Shown in pieces: positions 37,058-47,585 of a DNA stretch of 64,000 nt. A model generated the notes under the pieces. The model searched no databases. It was not told the origin of the DNA and saw nothing but the letters and a program-made list of their open reading frames with translations. A program made the position numbers and the translations under genes. Source of the DNA: Squalus acanthias (lineage: Eukaryota); the NCBI GenBank assembly GCA_030390025.1, contig CM059432.1, forward strand, positions 65,846,001 to 65,910,000. Direction: 5' to 3'. Every line of letters begins with the position of its first letter. Positions within the stretch are counted from its first letter, which is position 1.

Positions 37058-38368
37058 GCTGTATGACTCTTAACTCTTATCTGAAATGGCCTAACAAATC
37101 ATTCAGTTGTATCAAACCACTAAAAAGAATAACTGCAGCAGTCCAAGAAGAAGGCCCTCCACCTGAAGGGATAATTACTAGTCCTAGCCCTTTTCGGGCT
37201 ACCCCGGATCAGGCGTATTCCCCAGACATTCACCTTCAACTAAAGTTAGAGATAGCCGAATCCTATAAGACACTTAATTGGGTCTAAAGGTCCAGACTAT
37301 CTCTCCCTAAAGGAAAGGAATGACCTGAAGATGTTACCGTCCTCCAGATAGCACTTTTAATAAGTTTAACTAGACTGTAACCTTCCGGATATTATGAGGG
37401 TCCGGAAAACTCCCCCAGAATTCTGAAACTCCTCACCAAAGAGTGTACAGGGATTGAGTTCACGAGTTTGATACAGAAGTACTATGTGAGACAATTCTAA
37501 AAATATATAGATTTATTAAAGAACCGACATGTAGTTAACAGTTGGTGATTCAGTCGCAACATTAACAGTTCAAAATACAAATAGCTTACAATTCTTATTC
37601 TCAGAGATCCTTATTCTCAAATCTTAACTTCGTTACATTTTTACATTTCTACTTATTCTTAATCCAGGATATCCACCAAAATCAAATAACTTTGATTACC
37701 CGAGACTCAAAGAGTTGTAGGCTTTCAGAGCCTGTCTCTGAAGCTGAGAAACGCTTGCCCCTTCCAGCGAATTCTGTCTTCCTATTTGAAAGTTCTATAT
37801 TTTAACCCTTTTTGCAGTGGTATATCCTTTGAAGTTTTCTGCCGATGTAAGCTAATTATCTCCAGTTATATTTCTGTTGACTTCTTTCTATTCTTACTGT
37901 CAGTTCAGCTGTTAGCTTGCTGACTTGTGTCTCTACCTTTAGGTGTTCAGAACTTATCATAAAAAACGGTTATAACAGCTGTATCTATTTGATGCCATTC
38001 TTATGAAGGTCTTCTATTCAATTCTTAAATCACCTCAGCTGGTTGTAAGCAGACTTCATGGGGGAAAATTCAGTTGGTTGCGCCTCCCGTTAGCGCCTTA
38101 AGAGGGCGCTAATGGGGCGCAAAGCAGCTAGCGCCCGGGCGCAGCGATGTTTGCGCCGCTCGCGAACTTAACTAGACATTTTGCGGCGGCGCTAAACTTT
38201 ATCGCCGCGATCTCCTGCGCGCGCAGATTGTGACGTCATATGAGAGTGCAACGCCCTTGTGGCGCCCCGGAGCAGAATTTCAGTGGCGCCCCCATCCTTA
38301 CCGCCTGGCGCATCCAACGACCGGAAGAGTGGAACGCTAACAATCGCTGTGGGGCTGGGGGGGGGCGC

Positions 38369-38376
38369 TATTTAAA
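38369..38376 (+). promoter_or_regulatory. TATA-like box of the transposase promoter (TATTTAAA), with CRE TGACGTCA at 38231-38238
   Basis: TATTTAAAGGG lies upstream of the transposase position in several copies (~18981, ~23307, ~60126). Confidence 0.5.
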
Positions 38377-38584
38377 GGGGGCCTCTTCCTGTCTTTCTCT
38401 GTGGTTGACATTTTTGCACCACTCGTTCTGAGAGAGAGAGAGAGATTCGGAGAGAGAGAAAGAGAGACTTCTGCATTGAGTCAACGCTGTGTGAGGTAGT
38501 TTTGGCTACTCATCCTAACTTCGCTGGTACTTTGGTTTCTGGCCTTCATAACTTTGCTTGCTAAGAGATACGGGGGCTGCACTG

Positions 38585-39600
38585 ATGGGGGGCGTCGTCC
38601 TGCGCCAGCTGAATCGGAGGAGACAGAGATGCAGAGAGAGAGTGGCAATGATGGCCAGATGGAGGAGGGCCAACAGGCGTCTGTACAGGAGAGCTTACCC
38701 TACCAGGGTATATCGTGAACAGCTATCCTACATTCATATGTCTGATGAGCAGTGTCTGCGAAGGCTGCGCTTCAGCAAGGAGGTGGTCACTGAGCTCTGC
38801 CACCTGCTGCAGCCAGATCTGCAGCCTCAACTGAGGTCCAGGACATCTCTGTCGGTGGCAGTGAAGGTCACAGTGGCTCTGAACTTTTATGCTACTGGCT
38901 CATTTCAATCTGCTGTTGGGGACATCGCCAATATCTCCCAGTTTGCGGAGCATTGCTGCATCAGGAAGGTCACAAATGCCCTCTTTAAAAGGAGACGAGA
39001 GTTCATCTCTTTCCCCATGACCCCAGACAAGCAGCAAGAATGCGCTCTGGGCTTTGCGAGGATAGCGGGCTTCCCCATGGTGCAGGGCGCCATTGACTGC
39101 ACGCATGTGGCTTTGCGTGCTCCGCATGAGAATGCCGAGGATTTCCGGAACAGAAAGGGGTTCCATTCCTTGAATGTTCAGTTGGTCTGTGACCACAGAC
39201 AGCTGATACTCGCTGTCAATGCCCATTATCCTGGCAGCTGCCACGATGCTTTCATCCTGTGCCAGACTACTGTGGCAGAACTTTTCGAGGCACCGCATCA
39301 GCCAGTTGGTTGGCTTCTCGGGGACAAGGGGTATCCACTGAGCACCCGGCTGATGACACCGCTCCGTACGCCCAACACCCCTGCTGAGCTGCGGTACAAC
39401 GAGAGCCATCAAGCTACCAGGAACATCGTGGAGCACACAATCGGCGTGCTCAAGCAACGGTTCCGCTGTCTCGACCATTCTGGAAGAGCCCTGCAGTACT
39501 CGCCTGAGCGAGTTTCCAACATCGTAGTTGTGTGCTGCATGCTGCATAACATGGCAATCCTCAGGACCCAGCCAATGCCACCAGGCCTTGGAGCACCACC

Positions 39601-39631
<31 letters not shown>

Positions 39632-39730
39632 GAGGAGGATGATCAGCAGCAGCACCAAGGCGTGAGGGCGGCCCACAATGGTGAAACTGCAAGGGCTGTC
39701 CGTCAGCGGCTGATAGCAAGCCGCTTCTAG
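38585..39730 (+). CDS. Harbinger DDE transposase (HARBI1-like nuclease family), 381 aa
   Basis: Uninterrupted ORF from ATG 38585. Motifs GAIDCTH, NRKGFHSLNVQ, YPGSCHDAFIL, WLLGDKGY, RNIVEHTIGVLKQRF, CCMLHN. Acidic tail. Confidence 0.95.
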
Positions 39731-40041
39731 GCCCCTGCTGTGGAAATGGCTTCTGCCATTGAGAACAGCATGAATGAACCCAACATGCAACCCCTAAGCC
39801 GGCCAAGGCACCAATGATTCCAAACACCAAACATGTATATTTTGAGTACCAAAACTTATTTATTTTACAAACTCTGTGTGTGTCATTTCTTCATGACAAA
39901 CTCATACAAATAAACACAAAAAAACAGTCATTACCATAACTGGTTCTCACAACCTGGAGATCATGTGCAAAACACTCAACAAAAGTTTGACCACGAACCT
40001 CGGCCTTTAATAAAAAAATGACCAGCATTTTGTCACACCTC

Positions 40042-41939
40042 CTACATCGAGGGTGAACTCCTTCCCGTGCGCCCTTCCCCCCTTCTTACCCTACTGCTCC
40101 TCCGCAATGGGACCTCAGTGGCTGCAGCAAGGCTGGTGGAAGGCTGCTGACTGTCAGGCCCTGACAATGCAGATGCCCTTGAGGGACGGCCTCGACCAGT
40201 TCTGGGCCTGGAGGGCCCGGCTGCAGACTGCACCAACTCTGCATGGGCGGCAGCAGTCTGTCCTACAGGCAGTGGCAACTGCAGTGGAGAAGTGACAGTG
40301 GTGGCAGCAGGAATGCTGTCATCTTGAGCGAGGACAGCAACTCCCTGCTCGACCAGCACACTGGCACTCCCACGGGGCAGCACCTCAGCATCCGGAGCAA
40401 TCTGCTGGAGCACAGATTGCTGGCCTGCTGCGGCGCGGTGAGAGCCCCGGGGAAATGTGAACGAACCAGCGAGGATGGCAGCAGACAGTGCTCGCGTGAC
40501 CTCAATCTGAGTCTGCATGAGAGCAGTCTGAGATTGAATTGCAGCACTGAGCTTCAGTGTCGCATCCGCCTGCGCTGCAGCGAAGTGCTCCACACTCCTT
40601 GCCAGTGCTTCAATGCATTCGGGCACCCTACCCACTGCAGCCATGAGCTCAGTGTGCATGCCCACCGCCTGGGTGTTCATTTCCGCGATCAGCCGCTCCT
40701 CCTCTGCGTCCAGTGCAGCAGGACTCGCTGGCATACTCTCCCTCCGGGGAGAAGGCCCCCGAGCTTCCCTACCCCCATCGCGTTGCTGCAGCCCGCTGGG
40801 TCCTGGAGCTTCACCCTCATCAGACCCTTCCCCCCTGCTCCCCTCCAGGGAAGGCATGTTCCCAGTGTCGGCATGGGCTTCCTCGGGAGAGGGTGGCACT
40901 GATGCTCCGGCTTCCTCTTCCTCCTCGGCTGCAGCTTCACTCCCACTGGCAGCTTCAGGGCCCGTCTCCTCAGCTGGTGAATCACCATCTGAAAGCAGGG
41001 AGGTACAAGAGTGGCTTTAGCGTGAGGACAGGGTGGCAGTAAGGGAGGAATAAGTGCAGCGAGTTAGTAAGTTGGATTGAAAGTGTCAAAGGCTGGTGTT
41101 GTGAGGGACAAGTGGAAGGACAGAGGACAAAAAGGTGATGACCTTACCATTGCTGTCCAGAACGGGGTCGGCGTCTCCAGTGGCGACGGGACCGATCACC
41201 CGGCTTGCCACGATCCTGTGGACGCGCTCCTCAAGATCACTGAGGGGTTGCAGCTGAGGCCGCCCTCCACCCGTCCGTTGCTGCTGTCTCCTATTATGCG
41301 CCAGCTTGGCCTGCAAGAAAAAGGACGGCGTCTGAGTAAATATACAGCCATGGTCTTGCCTGATGTGCCTCCCATAGGTGAATAGCCCTTACTGTATACA
41401 GCCATGGTCTTGCCTGATGTGCCTCCCATAGGTGAATAGCCCTTACTGTATACAGCCATGGTCTTGCCTGATGTGCCTCCCATAGGTGAATAGCCCTTAC
41501 TGTATACAGCCATGGTCTTGCCTGATGTGCCTCCCATAGGTGAATAGCCCTTACTGTATGCAAAGTATGGAATGTGTGTGTGTGCTTCATGAAAGGGCCA
41601 TAGGTGTTGGATGAGTGTTGTTAATTGTGGTTTTAAGACCCTCTGGCCATAGAGTGAGGTTGAGATGGAGGGATGGAGAGGTATTGCAAAAAAGCCACTC
41701 ACCCTGACGACCCGAGTGAGGTCGTTGAACTTTTTCCGGCATTGGACATGGGTCCTGGGCACCATGCTCCTGGAGGAGACGCGCTGAGCCACCTCCCTCC
41801 ACACTCTTCTGTAGTCGCGCGGCAAAGGCCTCCTGCCACTCTCTGGGTACAGTATTGGTCTTCGGCGCTCCACCGCGCCAACCAGAGCATCCAAGGCCCG
41901 CTCGGTGAAGTGCTCAGCTCGTTCTCTCACCCTCTCCAT
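40042..41939 (-). CDS. Harbinger Myb/SANT-like DNA-binding protein, 448 aa, 3 exons (41939-41703, 41310-41148, 40988-40042)
   Basis: Canonical GT-AG introns (phase 0, phase 1). 237+163+947=1347 nt joins in frame. MERVRERAEHFTERALDAL...WREVAQRVS...QCRKKFNDL; NRRQQQRTGGG. Confidence 0.88.
41341..41559. repeat. Perfect 54-bp x4 tandem repeat in Myb intron 1
   Basis: TATACAGCCATGGTCTTGCCTGATGTGCCTCCCATAGGTGAATAGCCCTTACTG four times with no spacer. Confidence 0.97.
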
Positions 41940-43334
41940 CCTTGGCTGGAAAATGGATTCACAGGTCTCTCCAGGCCGAGATTCAAGGCTGCAATGAGCA
42001 GGGTGTGGCTGGGGAGCAAGATCGCCCCCCCCTTTAAGAACTGGCCGGCGCCAGTGTGTCTGTGTTCCCTCGCTAACTGGCAGCACCTGTGCTGCGCTCG
42101 CGCTCTGAGTTCGCGCCTCACTCCTCAGCCTTTGCGCCTTAAGACAGGTGTGCAGCGCCTGATTTAGCGCTCCAATCACCTCCCGGTGCGTTAAAAGTGA
42201 AGTTTCCAGTCAGTGGCGATAATTAGCGCCAGGCGCTAATTATTGCGCCCGGACGATATTTGCGCCCCAAACGGGGCGCGACTGAATTTTTCCCCCCATG
42301 TCTCCTAACTGTTCCAAGTTCAACACAAACACACTGTGATTGCTTGGTGCATCTATTGATGTCATATTTACAAAAGTCTTCTGTTTGTATCTTTTTACAA
42401 CATGTAAATTATAAACACTTCAACCGAGTACATGATTGTCTTCCTAGCTACTTCAATTGGTTGTACCAAGAATTATGTCTCCTGTCTCATTTGATGTCAT
42501 ATTTATGAAGGCATATGTTTCTTTAATGTTCTGTGTTTCTGTTTGAAGTGTTAGTTTATAACACTTTAAACTGGGTATAGCTATTGTGTTCTTTCCAAAC
42601 TGCAGACTTCTTGGAAGCACCAACCCTTTGCTTCAATAGGGCCATTGTCTCAGTGTCAACAACCAATTCCCATTTCAAAAGCTTGTCTGGTGTTTACAGC
42701 TTTGTGTTAACAACTCATCTTATTTCAGAAGCCTATATTTACAGCTTTGTGTCGTTGAGGCTTTTAGATTTTTAAACCCAGTTTGTCATGTTTAATAAGG
42801 CTAGAATTCTGTTCATAGGATGGTGTATTTTTCTGAATATGGCTATTCCTTCACACACCACCTTCTTAAGAATGATGAATAAATGCCGGCCTTGCCAGCA
42901 ATGCCCAATTGCCCATATCCTGAGACTGAATAAAGAAAACCACAATGATAAGGATGTCACTGAGCCCACCAGTAATGCTATGTTGCTACAAACCTCAGAG
43001 GTGTGTTACAGCCCCCACTCCAGGTGAAGGCCAGAGATCTCGCAAAAATTATGTAAATGACCGTGAGACTGAAAATCAGCTGGAGTCACTCCTGTCATGC
43101 CAAAGTTCACCCCAATTGCACAAAATTAGAATATCTCGGCTATTACTTTGAACCCAAACTAACTTGGGATAATTAAAATTAACCAATATTATTGCCCTGA
43201 TGTTCTTGCATATCTCACTGAACTGTCTGCAGATCTCCCCTCTATTTCATCTTCACTATTATTTTCTCCTTCCCCCTTCAATATTAGTTTAAACTCTCCT
43301 GCACAGCATTAGTTAGTTGCCCAGCAAGGACATT

Positions 43335-45775
43335 GGGGGCAATTTGTGAATGGAGGCGAGTTGGAGGTGGGACTGCTGCTTGTCGGATTTCAGTCCCGCC
43401 TCCATCGAGTTGTGGCCAACCCATGCTATTTTCCCTTGATTGACCTTGTTAAGCCCGCCCAGCGGGCTTAGCAGGCCAATTAAGGGAAAGCCGATTGCAG
43501 AGCATGTCAATGTATGACGTGTCATCTGTCAAAAATTTTTGACAGATGAATTGTCATCATTTGACAGCTCTGTGAAGCTGTCAAACAGTGACAATCTCTG
43601 CAGTTTGATGAGGTCTTGCATACAAGACCTCATCAACCTTCTTTCTTTTACAAAATTGAGATGTTTGTTGCATCTGAGAATGCAACAGACATCTCTCATC
43701 TGCAACACAGAGGTGCGAGACTCCCCATATAGAAACCGACTGAAGCCTGCAGGAAGAAACAAAGGTAAGTACACTTTTAAAAACACTTAGGACTTACTTC
43801 AGATACTCACCTCTACACTCTTGCACCCATCACTTACCTTCACACCACACTTTTGCACCCCCCCGACCCCCGCAGACCCACTACTCACCTCGCTGAGCTG
43901 GCGGGTTTTGGAGCCGTCGTGATGCCCGCACTTGTGAGGGCAAAAACGGGATAATCCTATTTTTTGCCTGTTAACTCCTTCTCTTCTTAGGCAGTCCCTC
44001 GGAACCGAGGATGACTTGCTTCCACATTAAAAATGAGTTCTCAGGTGACTGATGAGTCCAATGCGGGACCTACAGTCTCTGTCACAGGTGGGCCAGACGG
44101 TGGTTGAAGGGGCGGGTGGGTGGGGTGCTTGGGTTGATGTGTGCTCCTTGCGCTGCTTGCACTTGGCTTCTGCTTGCTCCCGGTGAAGAGGCTCGAGGTG
44201 TTCGGCGCCGTCCCGGATGCTTCTTCTCCACTTTGTCTTGGGCAGGGATTCCCAGGTGTCAGTGGGGATGTTGCACTTTTTCAAGGAGGCTTTGAGGGTG
44301 TCCTTGAAGCATTTCCTCTGCCCACCTGGGGCTCTCTTGCCGTGTCGGAGCTCCAAGTAGAGCGCTTATTTTGGGAGTCTCGTATCGGGCATGTGGATGA
44401 TGTGACCCGTCCATCGGAGCTGATCGAGCGTGGTCAAAGCTTCGATGCTGGGGATGTTGGCCTGAGTGAGAACACTGACGTTGATGCACCTATCCTGCCA
44501 ATGGATTTGCAGAATCTTGCGGAGGCAGCGTTGGTGGTACCTCTCCAGTGCTTTGAGGTGCCTGCTGTACATGGTCCATGTCTCTGAGGCATACAGGAGG
44601 GCGGGTATCACTGCTGCTCTGTAGACCATGAGCTTAGTGCCATGGTTTGAGGTCCTGGTCTTCAAACACTCTCTTCCTCAGGTGACCGAAGGCTGTACTG
44701 GCACACTGAAGGCAGTGTTGGACTTCGTCATCGACGTCTGCCCTGGTTGACAGTAGGCTCCCAAGGTATGGAAAGTGTTCCACGTTGTCCAAGGCCTTGT
44801 CGTGGATTTTGATAATCGGGGGGCAGTACTGTGTGGCGGGGGCAGGTTGGTAGAGGACCTTTGTCTTACGGATGTTTAGTTTTAGGCCTGTGCTCTCGTA
44901 CGCTTCGGTGAAGGTGTTGACGATAGTTTGGAGTTCGACCTCCGAGTGAGCGCAGACTGATCTGTGTGGCTCCTGGGTTGGCAGCTCCCTAGGGAGCTCC
45001 TTTGCCATCCTTGGCCATCCATTGCCATCCTTTGCTCTCTCTCCCCCAGTCTCCTATCTTCTGCTGTATAAGTTCCCCTGGCTCTAACAGTGGGTGCATT
45101 TTATTCCTAACTGCAAGTTGAAGCTGCAAGTTTAAAGTTACCTGAGCCCACTGCCCATCCCCTGACCATGCCTGTTCTTTGTTCTCATCAGTGAGCACTG
45201 GCTCTTCACTTAAACTTAGCTCCCAAATTCCCAGACCTCTCTGCTGTCAAAACTATGCTTCTCCACTGGACTAGTGATCTAGTGACTAGTGGATCGCGAG
45301 TGGAGCTCGGGGCCAGGGATCACGAGAATATCAGTGCTAATTTGATCCTGTGAGAGACAACATCATCCATGTCCGAGGCCGGGACCCAGGAGCGAGGACA
45401 AGCCCAGCAGAGAGGTCAAGGCCCAGGAGTGGCGCAGCGTGGACCAGCAGCGGGGTCAGGGCCCAGGGAAGGTGCAGCACGGGCCAACAGCGAGGTCGGG
45501 AGGACCACAATGCATCCTACAAAATCCAGGCAGAGAGGACCTGCGGGAAGGAGGGAGGAGGACAGTAGCAGTATTTTTGTGTGTGTGTGCTAGGCCGTTC
45601 TAGCAGAGCCTGGTCTCCAATCGCCTGTTAACTACCTGCTAACTGCAACCCGCCTCCTGGGAAGATGGCATGGAGGCGGATTGCGGGCGGGTTTGCCATC
45701 CGCCCCCAAATTCTGTCATTTTCCCGACAGTCCCGCCTCAATATCCGCCTCCTCGGGGCTGAGAAAATTGCCCCC
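43335..45775. mobile_element. Harbinger MITE (relative of 17253-18095, inverted) split by an RTE-derived insertion
   Basis: GGGGGCAATTT / AAATTGCCCCC. Flanks ATT/ATA. Confidence 0.82.
43977..45622 (-). mobile_element. RTE 3' part (43977-~44957) fused to ~665 bp non-coding sequence within one TSD
   Basis: Highly similar to 5456-6440. 11-bp direct repeat GCCTGTTAACT at 43966-43976 and 45623-45633. Confidence 0.8.
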
Positions 45776-45909
45776 ATAGGTTCTAGGTTTGTTTAGGTAA
45801 AACCTGTTCATGAAATACAGGCCACTCCTACCCCAGCATTAGTCCCCACGTCGCAGCAATCTGAGCACTTCCTACAACATCTCTGTAGTCTCACATTTAA
45901 CTCCTTTAA

Positions 45910-47585
45910 TAAAAACAGAAAATGCTGGGAATACTCAGCAGGTCAGGCAGCATCTGTGGAGAGAGAAACAGAGTTAACGTTTCAGGTTGATGACCCTTCA
46001 TCAGAACTGGAAAAAGTTAGAGATCCAACAGATTTTAAGCAAGTGTAGGGGCAGGGAAAGGGGGAGGGGAGGAAAGAACAATAGGGAAGGTCTGTGATAG
46101 GATGGAAGGCAGGAGAGATTAAATAACAAAAAGTATGATTGTACAAAGCAAATGTAGATGATAATGGGACAAGTAAAGAAACAAAAGGTGGGTCTAGAAG
46201 AGGTGTAACTGTGAATAGCAGAATCATCAACAGCTACCATCTGAAAAAACATGGGCAGAGGTTATGGTCTGAAATTGTTGAACTCAATGTTGAGTCCAGA
46301 AGGTTGTAAAGTGCCTAGTCAAAAGATGAGGTGCTGTTGCTTGAGCTTACGTTGAGCTTCATTGGAACAGTGTAAGAGGTCGAGAACAGAGAGATCAGAG
46401 TGGGAGTGGAGCAGAGAATTAAAGTGACAGTCGACCAGAAGCTCAGTGTCACGCTTGCGGACTGATGGAGGTGTTCCACAAAGCGGTCGCCCAACCTACG
46501 TTTGGTCTCCCCAATGTAGAGGAGACCGCATCGTGAGTAGCAAATACAGTATACTAAATTGCAAGAAGTACAAGGAAATCACTGTTTCACCTGGAAGGAG
46601 CGTTTGGGGCCCTGGACAGTGGGAAGGGAGGAGGTAAAAGGGCAGGTGGTGCATCTCCTGCACTTGCACGGGACGGTGCCTTGGGAAGGGGAGTGGGCTG
46701 TTGGAGGTGATTGAGGAGTGGACCAGGGTGTCGTGGAGGGAATGGTCCCTTTAGAATGCTGAAAGGGGAGGGGAAGATGTGTTTGGTGGTGGGATCACGC
46801 TGGAGGTGGCGGAAATGGCGGAGGATGATCCGTTGAATGTGAAGGTTGGTGGGGTGAAAGGTGAGGACAAGGGGAGCCCTATCGTGGTTCTGGGAGGGAG
46901 GGGAAGGGGTGAGAGCAGAAGTGCGGGAAATGGAACAGATATGGTTGAGGGCCATATCAACCATTGGAGAGGGGAATTCTTGGTTGAGGAGAAAGGAAGA
47001 TATATTGGAAGCACTAGTATGGAAAGTGGCATCATCAGAACAGATGTAACAGAGACAGAGAAACTAGGAGAATGGGATAGTGTCCTTACAGGAAGCAGGG
47101 TGGGAGGAAGTGTAGTCCAGGTAGCTGTGGGAGTCAGTTGGCTTATAGTGAATGTTTGTTGATAGCCTCTTCTCAGAAATGGAGACAGAGAAGTCGAGAA
47201 AGGGAAGGGAATGGAAGGGGAGAGTTGGAGATGGACCATGTGAAGGGGAGGGAAGGGTGGAAGGGCTTTGCGGAACACCTCTGTTCAGTCCGCAAGCCTG
47301 ACCTGAGCTTCTAGTCACCTGTCACTATAATTCTCCGCTCCACTCCCACTCTGACCTCTCTGTCCTTGGCCTCTTACACTGTTCCAACGAAGCTCAACGT
47401 AAGCTCGAGGAACAGCACCTCAGCTTTCAATTAGGCACTTTACAGCCTTCTGGACTCAACATCGAGTTCAACAATTTCAGACCATAACCTCTGCCCCTAT
47501 TTTTTCAGATGGCAACTGTTGATGATTCTGCCATTCCCATTTACACCTCTTCTAGGCTCATCTTTTGTTTCTTTAGTTGTCCCAT
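45910..47585 (-). mobile_element. Penelope-like element (RT C-terminus plus GIY-YIG) with an inverted terminal segment at ~47263-47585
   Basis: LPFLDFSVSI...HYKPTDSHSYLDYTSSHP...IPFS; PLVLTFHP. 47263-47585 is an inverted homolog of ~46165-46483. Confidence 0.88.
45972..46008 (-). ncRNA. Minimal type I hammerhead ribozyme
   Basis: Minus strand AGUU-CUGAUGA-AGG(GUCAUCAA)CCU-GAA-ACGU-U-AACU. Confidence 0.75.

Larger units (their letters stand above)
38060..42296 (+). mobile_element. Apparently intact autonomous PIF/Harbinger transposon (4237 bp)
   Basis: TIR GGGGGAAAATTCAGT / ACTGAATTTTTCCCCC. TSD CAT. Two convergent open genes. Confidence 0.95.
37164..42855 (-). mobile_element. Solo LTR, family A copy 2, hosting the intact Harbinger
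   Basis: Minus-strand termini TGTGAAGGAATAGCC...ATCCCTTCA. TSD CACC (37160-37163, 42856-42859). Inserted in a LINE-A-type 3' tail. Confidence 0.88.

Noticed and set aside
38585..39730. Domesticated HARBI1 host gene
   Set aside because: Flanked by TIRs and a TSD, paired with a Myb gene, and has decayed relatives nearby, so it is a transposon gene.
38900..39790. 296-aa antisense ORF
   Set aside because: Shadow frame of the GC-rich transposase gene with no recognisable motif.
41341..41559. CRISPR-like array
   Set aside because: Units are contiguous and identical, with no spacers or cas genes; this is an intronic minisatellite.
41196..42179. 327-aa ORF as a protein
   Set aside because: It is promoter/UTR plus Myb exon 1 plus intron read-through; the spliced model explains it better.
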